DNA of 64,000 nucleotides from an uncultured Chroococcidiopsis sp. (GCA_964248365.1 CAXTYC010000023.1:17386-81385); one strand, 5' to 3'. Positions 43,315-53,350 are shown, counted from the first letter of the stretch. Notes: generated by a model not told the origin, from the sequence alone. A program made the numbers and translations.

Positions 43315-43518
43315 ATGGCACAGACACAAAGAAAGCCTGTATATGTACAGCCAGAACATCACGACATATTAAGGCGAATTGCTTATGAGGAACGCTGCAA
43401 TCTATCAGATGTACTGGATGTGGTATTGGAACAAGCAGATTGGACAAAAGTTGCAAAAGAGGCAAGTAACAAACCTACTTACAGAGCAATGGAGAGAGGA
43501 GGTCAATATAAGGTTTGA
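43315..43518 (+). CDS. Small ribbon-helix-helix-like DNA-binding protein
   Basis: RKPVYV strand, then helix (EHHDILRRIA), then helix (LSDVLDVVL). Confidence 0.6.
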   Translation: MAQTQRKPVYVQPEHHDILRRIAYEERCNLSDVLDVVLEQADWTKVAKEASNKPTYRAMERGGQYKV

Positions 43519-43530
43519 TATATGATGTTT

Positions 43531-43655
43531 TCAACACCACTGGTAACGCATTTCTGCCAAATGAGACTCTAACCCCAATAGTTCCAACTGCAACGAAGCA
43601 CTAGAAACTCTCCAACTGAATATCCTATATTTTGCACAATCAAGTCAAAGGATAG
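43531..43655 (-). pseudogene. Relic duplicate of the dprA 3' end
   Basis: LSFDLIVQNIGYSVG/VSSASLQLELLGLESHLAEMRYQWC* aligns with the C-terminus of dprA (49457-49582). Confidence 0.85.
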
Positions 43656-43795
43656 TTGGGTAAATGTACTCTAGTTAGAAACTTTTCTCACTGGTGAGTA
43701 ATAACTAGCATCAGTAGATTTCACCAGGACATTAATCAATCATTAAATTAAATTTAAAAAAATCTATCAATGACTCCTGTAGGGAGTGAATACTA

Positions 43796-45007
43796 GTGTT
43801 ATCAGTAGCAATTTTTGTATGCCTTGGCTGGATTATATCAGTTTGTCTGCATGAATTTGGTCATGCGATCGTTGCCTATTGGGGTGGTGATACTTCAGTT
43901 AAAGATAAGGGATATCTAACATTAAATCCGCTCAAATATACTGACATTAACCTAAGCCTAACTTTGCCGCTCATTTTTGTGCTAATGGGTGGAATTCCTC
44001 TACCTGGCGCAGCAGTTTATATTAATCATAATCGCCTACGCAATCGCTGGTGGCAAAGTGCAGTATCAGCAGCAGGTCCCGTTACTAGTGCTATTGTGGC
44101 TTTATTATTAGCACTACCCTTCAAATTAGGTTTAGCGTTGCCCAATAGTGAATCGTTGTGGATCTGGTCGGCTCTAGCATTTCTAATTTATTTAGAAATT
44201 TATGTCACTATCATAAATTCTCTGCCAATTCCATCGCTTGATGGTTATGGCGTAATTGAGCCTTGGTTGCCTCAGAAAGTACAAACACAGCTAGGGAAAT
44301 TTAGCAAATATGGAATACTTTTCCTATTTGGAATGCTTTGGTTTGTGCAGCCGATAAGTAGATTTTTGGGTGATTTATCTACTACCATTGCCTCTTTTCT
44401 TGGCGTTCCCCTGGAGATGATTGGGGCGGGTTCTAGCTTATTTCATAGAGCAGCAGGTATTCTACTGTTAACAGCCATTGGTATTATTTTTCTCATCCGC
44501 AGGATGGCGCGAAAACCGCATGAGGGTTGGTTAGAGCGAGGTCAAGGGTTTGCTAAATCAGGGCAATATGAAAAGGCAATCGCAGCCTACGACCAAGTAA
44601 TTAAACACAAGCCTGACTACTATGAAGCTTGGATTAATCGCGGGATTGCATTAGATAAATTACAGCGCTATACAGAAGCATTAGAATCCTATGAGAGAGC
44701 AATAAAAATTCAGCCTGAAAATATTGATTATTGGTATTATAAAGGCTATACTTTATGTAAGATGCAATGCTATGAAGATGCGATCGCCTCTTTTGATAAA
44801 GCAATTCAATTCAATCCTAAAAATACCTTGGCTTGGTACAACAAAGCTTGCTGCTACGCAGAACAAAATAAAGTAGATTTAGCAATTGAAAGCCTGAAAG
44901 AAGCAATCAATCTTGACTTGCATAAAGTTAAGAAATTGGCAAAAACTGACCCTAGTTTTGATTTAATTCGGGATAATCCGTTGTTTAAGCAGTTGATTGA
45001 TGAATAG
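43796..45007 (+). CDS. Site-2 (M50) protease fused to TPR repeats
   Basis: HEFGH, AAGP, NSLPIPSLDG; C-terminal TPRs. Confidence 0.9.
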   Translation: MLSVAIFVCLGWIISVCLHEFGHAIVAYWGGDTSVKDKGYLTLNPLKYTDINLSLTLPLIFVLMGGIPLPGAAVYINHNRLRNRWWQSAVSAAGPVTSAIVALLLALPFKLGLALPNSESLWIWSALAFLIYLEIYVTIINSLPIPSLDGYGVIEPWLPQKVQTQLGKFSKYGILFLFGMLWFVQPISRFLGDLSTTIASFLGVPLEMIGAGSSLFHRAAGILLLTAIGIIFLIRRMARKPHEGWLERGQGFAKSGQYEKAIAAYDQVIKHKPDYYEAWINRGIALDKLQRYTEALESYERAIKIQPENIDYWYYKGYTLCKMQCYEDAIASFDKAIQFNPKNTLAWYNKACCYAEQNKVDLAIESLKEAINLDLHKVKKLAKTDPSFDLIRDNPLFKQLIDE

Positions 45008-45103
45008 GTAATACAATACTTTCGTAATAATCTTTTACAAACATTATCATAGATTGACAGTTAGGACATTGCATCATTCTTCTATTGTGCAACGCCCCTG
45101 ATT

Positions 45104-45655
45104 TTATAATTGTTGCACTCGCAACCGTCGAAATCCTTCTTTGATCGCTGCCACAATTAAAACCCCGATTGCGATCGTCAGTACATCGTGGATTGTTGGC
45201 TTAAAACCTCCTAATGAAACTAAAAGCGTAGTGGCTGCTGCTGGTGGATGAGAGGCATTGAGCAATATTCCAAACAACATATTTAGCGTTACTGCCAAAA
45301 CCGCCGCAGCCACGCGAACTCCAGTTATTTCCCCCGTTGCAAGTACGCCAGGAGCGCTGTTTGCCCCAAATACAAAGACTGCCAGAAATCCCGTGCATAC
45401 TCCGATGAAATGTCCTATAACCGTGTTGTAGAACCTCGAAAATGGTACATCGGGTTGTTCTGCTTGCAAAAACGCAGTTGGTCCCAAACTTGGAAAAATC
45501 CAAGGCTGGTGGGCAACAAGTCCTAGAGATCCAACTAGCAGCATGAGTCGGCCTGAAACAAGGGGAACCCAAATCCAGTCGGGAATTGGGCGCTTAGGGT
45601 TGACATGGCGTGAGGCAGGTTGGGAAGATCTGCGGATCATCGATTTAGGCGGCAA
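45104..45655 (-). CDS. HPP family membrane protein
   Basis: PSLGPTA, N.VIGH, HPPAAAT. Confidence 0.88.
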   Translation of the reverse strand: MPPKSMIRRSSQPASRHVNPKRPIPDWIWVPLVSGRLMLLVGSLGLVAHQPWIFPSLGPTAFLQAEQPDVPFSRFYNTVIGHFIGVCTGFLAVFVFGANSAPGVLATGEITGVRVAAAVLAVTLNMLFGILLNASHPPAAATTLLVSLGGFKPTIHDVLTIAIGVLIVAAIKEGFRRLRVQQL

Positions 45656-46103
45656 CGACTAAGGTTTGCGGAGCGGCTTGCCGAATTCGGTGGAGTAACC
45701 AAGTGAGTTGGCGTTTGGTATGTTCGCTGCATTGGCTACAGACATATTCTAGGTCACGATCGCGCAAGGCTTTTGATGCTTGATCTAAAACGATCCAACA
45801 GAGCTGGACTTCGTTAGCAACTAGCCACAGATCTTGGAGATCTCGCATCAAGGCTAAACTTCCCGATCGCGGTTCGTCGAATCGAATTTGGATCAGGCGT
45901 TCGGGTTCTTCGCTTTTGTTTTTAGAGTAGCGATCGACAAGGGGTTTGAGTTTCTCCACATCAAGACGCGACCATGACGCTAGCAGTTGACAAGTTTCCT
46001 CAACATCAGGTTCATCCCCGTGATGATTTGCCACCTTAATCAACGCATCTGCAAGCTGCTGTTGGGTGGTCTGAGCTAGTTGTAGATAGTTGCCGACGTG
46101 CAT
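45645..46103 (-). CDS. Helical-bundle hypothetical protein coupled to the Mo enzyme
   Basis: ATG at 46103, right after the upstream stop; H.DEPDV, EPERL, RDLQDL; overlaps HPP start. Confidence 0.75.
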   Translation of the reverse strand: MHVGNYLQLAQTTQQQLADALIKVANHHGDEPDVEETCQLLASWSRLDVEKLKPLVDRYSKNKSEEPERLIQIRFDEPRSGSLALMRDLQDLWLVANEVQLCWIVLDQASKALRDRDLEYVCSQCSEHTKRQLTWLLHRIRQAAPQTLVVAA

Positions 46104-46105
46104 AA

Positions 46106-48409
46106 TTATTTCTCCACTTTGCGTATGCGAACCGCAGCATATTTGAAGTGCGGTTGTTTGCTCACAGGGTCCCATTGAGTAACTGTTAGCTCATTCGCAG
46201 CACGAGTGCGACCTGGATCGTCCCAGTAGCCGTAGTGAAAGGGGATAAAGAGTGTACCTTGAATGATATCTCCCACACGGGCGGGTTCGATTACTTTACC
46301 GCGTCGCGATTCTACTTCGACTAGATCGCCGTCGGCAATGCCATATTTAGCCGCATCTTCCTTAGAAATTTGCACAAAGGCATCTGGTGCCGCTTCATAA
46401 AGCGCTTGCGATCGCCCTGTTTTGGTGCGCGTGTGAAAGTGATATACTAGTCGTCCAGTGGTGAGCCAGAACGGATAGTCGTCATCCGGTTGTTCGTGGG
46501 GAGGAATATAGTCAGCCGCTTTAATAATCGCTCGACCGTTTGGATCGTTGGCACGATATTCTTCAGCAGAAATGCTTGCACCCGTGTCGAGATCTTGTCC
46601 GTAAGTTTCGCAATAATCGGCAGCAGTGGCAAAGATGCCATCGGTGTAGAGATTGTTCGTTCCGTTGGGAAATTTCTCGTTACAGGGCCACTGAATGCCA
46701 GATCCTTCAGACAGCTTAGCATAACTCAACCCAGTGTAGTCGCAGGGACGACCGCGCGTACATTCTTTCCAGCCTTCAAAGGCTTCTTCTGGCGTATTCC
46801 ATTTTATTAACGGTGCCCCATCTTTATCGCGGAAATCCATGCGGCGGGAATAGTCGAGAAAAATTTCAAAGTCCGATCGCGCTTCCCCAGGCGGATCGAC
46901 GGCTTTATGGGAAATATGGACGGTGCGCCCTGCATTAGTGAAGCAGCCTGTTTTCTCACCCCAAATTGCCGCAGGTAGTACCACATCGGCTAACGCCGTA
47001 GTTTCCGTTGGAAAGGCATCTTGAACGATGACAAACAGATCCTCTTTGGCTAAAATCTTGCGAATGTGATTCAGATCGGGCATAGAAACGGCTGGATTGG
47101 TAGCGCTAATCCATAGCAGCTTAATCGAACCTTGCTCGCAGTAGCGAAAAATTTGCATGGCGTGAGTGGGCGCACTCCAATGGGGAATGATATCCACATA
47201 GACATTCCAAAGCCGCGCTAGTTCTGCCACATGATTCGGGTTTGCCCAGTTGCGAAACCCTGATAAATCGCCGTCCGCCCCAGTTTCTCTCGTATTCTGT
47301 GCCGTAGGCTGTCCGTTCATTTGCAGAATGCCACAACCATCACGACCAATCATACCGCGAATTAGATGCAAATTATTGACTTGAACTGCTGCTGCCGTTG
47401 CTTGCATCGATTGATAAACGCCTTGCAAAACGGTAGAAACGAGCGTTTTCGCTCCTCCTAAAATTTCAGCTGCGGCACGAAGGCGATCGGCTGGAACTTT
47501 GGCAACTTGTTCGACTCGTTCGGGTGTCCACTGGGAAACAACTTCTTTGAGTTTCTCAAACCCCACCGTATGCGCTTTGATGAAGCCGAGATCGATCTGT
47601 CCCGCTTGAATAATTAGATTCAGTAATCCATTCATGACGGGAACATTCGTGCCAACCTGTGGCGCAAGATGGACATCAGCTTCTTGGGCGGTGAAGGTAC
47701 GGCGCGGGTCAATTACAACTAGTTTGGGCGGATTCGGACTGCGACGGCGATCTAAAATTCGCATCCATAACACAGTTTGCTGTGAGGCGATGTTGTGTCC
47801 AATGTGCAGAATGGCATCTGTAGTATCGAGATCGTGATAGCCGCCTACTTGTCCATCTGCACCGAACGATTCTTTCATAGCTGCGCCTGCGGTTGCGGTA
47901 CACAGCCGAGTGTTACCGTCCATGTGCGGCGTACCCAATCCCGCTTTACCGATAATGGCTAATGTGTAGTACTCTTCGATGAATAATTGCCCACTGGTGT
48001 AGAATCCGATCGCCCCGCTGGTATGTTCTTCGATGATAGAGCGCGATCGCTGCACAATTAGATCCATCGCTTCATCCCAGCTTGCAGGCTCAAGCTTGCC
48101 GTTACGCCGAATTAGGGGACGAGTCAGGCGATCGGGACTATTATTCGCTTCCCATCCATGCAAGCCTTTGGGACCTAGCCGCCCCCGATTGGCAATATCC
48201 ACCTCTCGCCCCCGCACGCCCACGATCCGCCCGTTCTTAACGCCGATATCCATGCCACAGCCGTTAGAACACAGAACACAAGCTGACTGCACCCAGCGAT
48301 CTGGTTCTTCCGACACGCGCTCATCGACTCGAACTGACCATTCATCATCTACGAAGGGATGCCTTTCTCCCCAAATATCTGCAATGCTATTGCGAGTTTG
48401 GCTTACCAT
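46106..48409 (-). CDS. Molybdopterin oxidoreductase, Nas/NapA-like nitrate reductase family
   Basis: CVLCSNGC [4Fe-4S], LGPKG, DGNTRLC, GQP.AQ..RE, LTTGR..HFHT, PHFK. Confidence 0.88.
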   Translation of the reverse strand: MVSQTRNSIADIWGERHPFVDDEWSVRVDERVSEEPDRWVQSACVLCSNGCGMDIGVKNGRIVGVRGREVDIANRGRLGPKGLHGWEANNSPDRLTRPLIRRNGKLEPASWDEAMDLIVQRSRSIIEEHTSGAIGFYTSGQLFIEEYYTLAIIGKAGLGTPHMDGNTRLCTATAGAAMKESFGADGQVGGYHDLDTTDAILHIGHNIASQQTVLWMRILDRRRSPNPPKLVVIDPRRTFTAQEADVHLAPQVGTNVPVMNGLLNLIIQAGQIDLGFIKAHTVGFEKLKEVVSQWTPERVEQVAKVPADRLRAAAEILGGAKTLVSTVLQGVYQSMQATAAAVQVNNLHLIRGMIGRDGCGILQMNGQPTAQNTRETGADGDLSGFRNWANPNHVAELARLWNVYVDIIPHWSAPTHAMQIFRYCEQGSIKLLWISATNPAVSMPDLNHIRKILAKEDLFVIVQDAFPTETTALADVVLPAAIWGEKTGCFTNAGRTVHISHKAVDPPGEARSDFEIFLDYSRRMDFRDKDGAPLIKWNTPEEAFEGWKECTRGRPCDYTGLSYAKLSEGSGIQWPCNEKFPNGTNNLYTDGIFATAADYCETYGQDLDTGASISAEEYRANDPNGRAIIKAADYIPPHEQPDDDYPFWLTTGRLVYHFHTRTKTGRSQALYEAAPDAFVQISKEDAAKYGIADGDLVEVESRRGKVIEPARVGDIIQGTLFIPFHYGYWDDPGRTRAANELTVTQWDPVSKQPHFKYAAVRIRKVEK

Positions 48410-48591
48410 GCTGAGTCCCCGCTATTAATTTTGAACTTGAAACGATTTTTGTGAAAAGCATCGTCCTTCACTACGACTTTGAGCGTCAGGCTCTTTATCA
48501 TTTACAGCTATGCAACCAATTGGGCGGGAGCTAGAGCATCCCTCAACAGAGATATTCCATGTAAATTTTTTATGTATTAGAAATCGCCTAA

Positions 48592-48647
48592 AATTAAGTC
48601 CAGTCAAAAAGGAGACTTTAATTAAGTCCAGCCAAAAAGGAGATTTT
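48592..48647. repeat. 28-bp tandem duplication
   Basis: AATTAAGTCCAGTCAAAAAGGAGACTTT / AATTAAGTCCAGCCAAAAAGGAGATTTT. Confidence 0.85.
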
Positions 48648-48877
48648 GCTAGCAGTGGTTGAATCAGTTAATGACCATTGGAAAACTCTCTGTCAAATTG
48701 AACACAAGATACACCGCAGTGTCTTCAATTTTTTGTCAATTTGATCGCGCCTAAGCGGATTATACCTACCTGCCTCAAAAACTATCTCTTGATATTTACC
48801 CCAAAGACTTACCCGCTCTACCTCCTGCTATTTGTTAGTAGGGTCGAACGAGCGTTAAAATAATGAAAGCGATTAGC

Positions 48878-49123
48878 TTAAGCTCTTTCCATTAGAAAGC
48901 TTTCAAACTCTTTAAAGTCTTCATGGCTATGAAATGGAATCTGAAGATCCAACAGATGGCGAGGGTCTTTCTTTTTAATCCCTAATATTTCAACGCCTAC
49001 TACGTCGCCAAGCTCATTGAAATCGAATATAACACCAGGCGTAACTTCTTCAGACTCAATAATTTTTGACTCATTTATTAGCAGATAAGCTGCATCAACT
49101 TCTGGATCAAAATCTATCTTCAT
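48878..49123 (-). CDS. DUF2283-like protein (putative antitoxin)
   Basis: MKI.FDPEVDAAY...ESEEV.PGVI.DF...G.VVGVEI. Confidence 0.85.
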   Translation of the reverse strand: MKIDFDPEVDAAYLLINESKIIESEEVTPGVIFDFNELGDVVGVEILGIKKKDPRHLLDLQIPFHSHEDFKEFESFLMERA

Positions 49124-49383
49124 ATTCTGCCGCGAAAAGCGCGCTCAAAGTAAACAGTAACAATTCGCCAGGGTTCTGTTGTTTCATTATAGACAACGCA
49201 CAATACTCGACCACCCACCTCACCAATATAGCCCCAAGCTTTGTATAACTGTGGATCTTCTGCATCAGGCTCTTCGTGTTCTGGATTCTCTAAAACACGT
49301 ATTATCCAGTTTAAAGAAATCCCACGTTGAATAATTCTTTTTCGCACGTGTTCAGTCAGTACATAGGGAAAATCACTTTGCAT
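49120..49383 (-). CDS. DUF4258-like protein (putative RelE-fold toxin)
   Basis: LTEH...R...RGI ... LCVVY ... IVTVYF; 4-bp overlap with partner. Confidence 0.8.
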   Translation of the reverse strand: MQSDFPYVLTEHVRKRIIQRGISLNWIIRVLENPEHEEPDAEDPQLYKAWGYIGEVGGRVLCVVYNETTEPWRIVTVYFERAFRGRI

Positions 49384-49456
49384 TTAAGACAGCTTAGCAG
49401 AAGCGATGATATTGTTGTGACAATACACAAAGCTCTAAAATCTTGAAACAAATGTC

Positions 49457-50581
49457 TCAGCAACGCTGATAACGCATTCCTGGTAATTGAGATACTAACC
49501 CCATTAATTCCAACTGTAATAAGGCACTAGAAACCGTTCCAGTTGAATAACCAGAGGATTGCACAATTAGATCAAACGGCATAGATTCACTTGCGATCGC
49601 ATTCAACACCTGCTGAAGTTCTGGCGACAAATTCGGTAAAGGTAGTTGCTCAAATGATTGAGACTCCACAGAATCTAATTGTGGCATTGCTCCCAACATT
49701 TCCAGCAAATGCCCTTCACTTAGAATAATCGATGCTCCTTTACTCAGTAATCCTAAACAACCGAGCGAAAGCGAGTTATCCAACGAACCTGGTAACACAT
49801 ATACATCTCGATTAAACTCATTAGCAAACCGTGCTGTAATTAAAGCACCTGATTTTGTGGGAGCTTCCATCACCAAGACAGCACGACTAATTCCGGCAAT
49901 AATTCGGTTGCGGCGGGGAAAATGAGAACGATCTGGGGGGGTTTTTGCCGGAAACTCACTCAAAACTAAGCCCCCAGTCAAAATTTGCTTGTAAAGATCT
50001 CGGTTACGTGGGGGATAAACTACATCTACACCAGTACCTAAAACAGCGATCGTCCTACCACCTGCTTCTAAACAAGCTTGATGAGCTTCGGTATCAATTC
50101 CTTCTGCTAAACCAGAAACAATCGTAAAACCATTTCGAGCCAATGCCGCGCTAATTTTACGAGTCCACCGCCTGCCATAATCTGAAGGGCGGCGAGTACC
50201 AACAATACCAACTAGTGGTTTAATCCCTTGATTTTCTTCGAGTTGCACTTCACCGCGATAGTACAAAACTGGGGGTGGACTAGCAGTTTCTAGCAGCAAA
50301 CGCGGGTATTCAATACTATCTGCTGGTGTCCAGAAACAGGGGTTTTCTTGTACGTGAGCGATTAGGAGTTGTTCGGGATGAAGACGCGATCGCTCTTTTA
50401 CTATCAATCCAATTGTTTGAAAACCAAACCCCTCCACCTCTAACAAAGCTTCCGAACTTGCTTGCCAAGCTGCTGCGAGTGTACCAAAATGTTCTTGCAG
50501 CCGCCTGAGCAAAACTGGACCAATACCATTAATTTGCGACCAAGCCAGCCAAAAAGCCCTTTCTTCTACCAATTCCTGCAT
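49457..50581 (-). CDS. dprA: DNA-processing protein DprA
   Basis: IVGTR, VSGLAEGID, FPRRNRIIAG, SGALITA, C-terminal winged helix. Confidence 0.96.
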   Translation of the reverse strand: MQELVEERAFWLAWSQINGIGPVLLRRLQEHFGTLAAAWQASSEALLEVEGFGFQTIGLIVKERSRLHPEQLLIAHVQENPCFWTPADSIEYPRLLLETASPPPVLYYRGEVQLEENQGIKPLVGIVGTRRPSDYGRRWTRKISAALARNGFTIVSGLAEGIDTEAHQACLEAGGRTIAVLGTGVDVVYPPRNRDLYKQILTGGLVLSEFPAKTPPDRSHFPRRNRIIAGISRAVLVMEAPTKSGALITARFANEFNRDVYVLPGSLDNSLSLGCLGLLSKGASIILSEGHLLEMLGAMPQLDSVESQSFEQLPLPNLSPELQQVLNAIASESMPFDLIVQSSGYSTGTVSSALLQLELMGLVSQLPGMRYQRC

Positions 50582-50653
50582 TTATAATTCGTAATTCTTA
50601 ATTTTCCCCTTGTCTTTTCCCTAGCCCCTAGCCCCTAGCCCCTAGCCCCTAAT

Positions 50654-51340
50654 TCACGCTTTCCAACTTACAAAACGGGCATACAAATAAGCGATGAATT
50701 CATCAAGAACTGAACGCACACCTGCGCTAGACTTCCACCAGGATTTTGGATCGTAATCTAGTGTTTTCGATGCGATCCCACCTACTTTAACGTGGGGCGC
50801 AAGTGCTTTTTTGAAAAGTAACCAGCTTCTACGGGTATGGACATCATAGCTATATAAATTAATTGATTCTAGCTTTATATTTGTCTTCGATAACCATTCC
50901 CGAACAGCAACAGCACCTGCATATGTCCGATCCTTAACTTTTGCAGGTGCAGCAACAGCTATTACCTTTTCTGGTGACAAACCAAGTTTCTTCAATCTAG
51001 CTGCCGCCAGGAGGGCAAAGTTCTTATATTCAACTAAATAAGACCCTGTTTCTAAGGGGATTCCTGTTGTAATTATTAGACGATAAGCACCACTTTCAAA
51101 TTCATTGACTGCCTCTTTGAGCGCATAGTCTGGTATCCATCCTTCTACTACCAATATATCGGCATTAATTGGAGATGTTACAGCAAGAAATGGCTGTACA
51201 TTAGTTATCCCAAAAATCAACAAAATGGCACTAACTAGAATAGTAACTATCCAGCCTTGAATCGTCAGCATCCAAATTTCTTGACGCTGAATTAAATGGA
51301 ATTTTGGTTTTTTTCGTTTTTGACGTTTTTTAGCAATCAT
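50654..51340 (-). CDS. YdcF/ElyC/SanA (DUF218) family protein
   Basis: LVVEGW, TTG, DRTY..A, H.RRS, E.IAY. Confidence 0.8.
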   Translation of the reverse strand: MIAKKRQKRKKPKFHLIQRQEIWMLTIQGWIVTILVSAILLIFGITNVQPFLAVTSPINADILVVEGWIPDYALKEAVNEFESGAYRLIITTGIPLETGSYLVEYKNFALLAAARLKKLGLSPEKVIAVAAPAKVKDRTYAGAVAVREWLSKTNIKLESINLYSYDVHTRRSWLLFKKALAPHVKVGGIASKTLDYDPKSWWKSSAGVRSVLDEFIAYLYARFVSWKA

Positions 51341-51348
51341 GTATCCTA

Positions 51349-52005
51349 TTAAGCTTTTGCTGTTCTTTGCTCTTTAAGATAAGCAAAAACAGACTTATCG
51401 CCAATATCGGGGGGAATTGGTTGTACTGCCTTACGTATGGCAAACACAACAAATAAAATAGCCCAAATACCCAGCAATACCTGTTCTCCCTGAACAGGTA
51501 AGTCACCTATTAAATGTCCTAGTAGTAGAATTGGTACTAGAGGCGTGAGAATTTTCGTTTCTAACCGATTAAAGCAAAATGCCTCTTTGAAATAAATTCC
51601 TGTCAATGCTGCAAAGATGAAGCCAACGCCAAATAAGGCTGTAGGGTGATTGTATACAGCAATAGCCAAAGGTTCACTACTAGAAAGGGCGATCATTGCT
51701 GCACAAGCCGTACCAATTGCCCAAAAAATCTGCAATGCCCGATGCAAGACGGCTAAGTAAATATGAATCGTAAACAAGCTAACACCCAACCCCAAACAGA
51801 AACAAGCAAATAACTCAGTCAGTACTGGCAAAATATTGGGGTTACTGTTCGTTAGCACTAGAGTGCTACCAATGGCAAAACTAAGCGCAGCTACCATCAA
51901 GCCAGCACGGTAGACTATTACACCTTTGCGATCGCTCTGGGTAATCGTAAATTCCCCAAATTGACCTTGATAAACGGTTGGTTCAGATACTATTTGCTGA
52001 GTCAT
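51349..52005 (-). CDS. DUF2301-like membrane protein
   Basis: YQGQFGEFTI, IHIY, KEAFCF, DIGDKSVF. Confidence 0.82.
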   Translation of the reverse strand: MTQQIVSEPTVYQGQFGEFTITQSDRKGVIVYRAGLMVAALSFAIGSTLVLTNSNPNILPVLTELFACFCLGLGVSLFTIHIYLAVLHRALQIFWAIGTACAAMIALSSSEPLAIAVYNHPTALFGVGFIFAALTGIYFKEAFCFNRLETKILTPLVPILLLGHLIGDLPVQGEQVLLGIWAILFVVFAIRKAVQPIPPDIGDKSVFAYLKEQRTAKA

Positions 52006-52230
52006 ATAAAAAAAGAGGCAAGTGGCGAGAAAAGGATGAAGGATGAAGTGTAAAGTATGAATTTCAGCCTTTACCCTACTCCCTTATATTTCTAACTTTA
52101 GCCTGATAGCAACGTGGAAAAGTGGGGGATGAATTGCAATTATATACCTTTACACTGCCATGTACTTGTAATAACTTCTTCTTATCACCTTTGCGCCTTT
52201 GCGTCGAGGCGTGACACTTCAAAACTATCC

Positions 52231-53343
52231 CTACCGGAATGCAACTAAACCAATAATTCCCCCACCCAGCACCAGCCACACTGAATTTACACCAAAGCGG
52301 ATTAGCAAAATGGTACTGACGATAACTAAGGTAACTGTTATCGGGTCAACTATTGCAGCAATCCCAAGTTGCCAAGTAACAACAGCCATCAGCGCCAAAG
52401 AAGCCACATTAAGACCATCGAGAAAAGCACCAGCTATAGTCGATCTACGCAGAAACGGCACTAGGGGACTACTCAGCGCCACAAATAGGAAAGCAGGTAG
52501 GAAGATACCCAAAGTAGAAATAACTGCGCCTAAAGGTCCAGCTAGTATGTACCCGATGAAGGTAGCGGTTGTGAAGACAGGACCTGGTGTAACTTGACCA
52601 ATAGCGATCGCATCCAAAAGTTGAGCATCACTCAACCAATGCCAGCGTTCCACTAAATCCGCGCGTAAGAATGCCAAAAGTACATAACCGCTACCGAAAA
52701 GAACTGAACCCACCTTGAGGAAAAACAGAAACAACTGGGACAAACTAAAGCTGACTGGTGCTGTTTTGACGAGTGTCATTAGTATCGGTGTTGCTGCTAA
52801 CAATGCTGTCGGTGGTTGTCGATGCGTCAGCCGTTGACTCATAGCGACGATAACACCACCACCAAACAAAACGACTAACTCATTCACACCAAGAAAACTC
52901 AAAACTATTGCAATTAAGCCGATTAGTGCCAAAAACTTCGTTTTGACAGCACTACGAGCAAGCCGGATCAATGCTTGCAAAACTACGGCAATGACAACAG
53001 GTTTAACTCCATATAGTAATTGGGTAGCTACGGGTAAAGTACCAAAGCTGACATAAGCCCAAGCGATCGCCCCTACAATCAAAGCTGCTGGCAAAATGAA
53101 GCAGCTACCTGCAACAAGTAACCCCAAAAAACCAGCTTGGACATAGCCGATATGAATCGCCATTTCGGTCGAGTTGGGACCTGGTAGAAAGTTAGTCATT
53201 CCCAGCAAATCCATAAACCTCTCGCGTTCCAGCCAGCTTTTGCGTCTGACTACTTCATCCTCCATCATGGCAATATGAGCAGCAGGACCCCCAAAGGCAA
53301 TCGTGCCAAGCTTTAAAAACAGTAGTGCTAGCTCCTTTATCAA
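52231..53343 (-). CDS. chrA: Chromate transporter (CHR family)
   Basis: FGGPAAH, LPGPNS, FGSGY, GQVTPGP. Confidence 0.92.
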   Translation of the reverse strand: MIKELALLFLKLGTIAFGGPAAHIAMMEDEVVRRKSWLERERFMDLLGMTNFLPGPNSTEMAIHIGYVQAGFLGLLVAGSCFILPAALIVGAIAWAYVSFGTLPVATQLLYGVKPVVIAVVLQALIRLARSAVKTKFLALIGLIAIVLSFLGVNELVVLFGGGVIVAMSQRLTHRQPPTALLAATPILMTLVKTAPVSFSLSQLFLFFLKVGSVLFGSGYVLLAFLRADLVERWHWLSDAQLLDAIAIGQVTPGPVFTTATFIGYILAGPLGAVISTLGIFLPAFLFVALSSPLVPFLRRSTIAGAFLDGLNVASLALMAVVTWQLGIAAIVDPITVTLVIVSTILLIRFGVNSVWLVLGGGIIGLVAFR

Positions 53344-53350
53344 TTATCAA

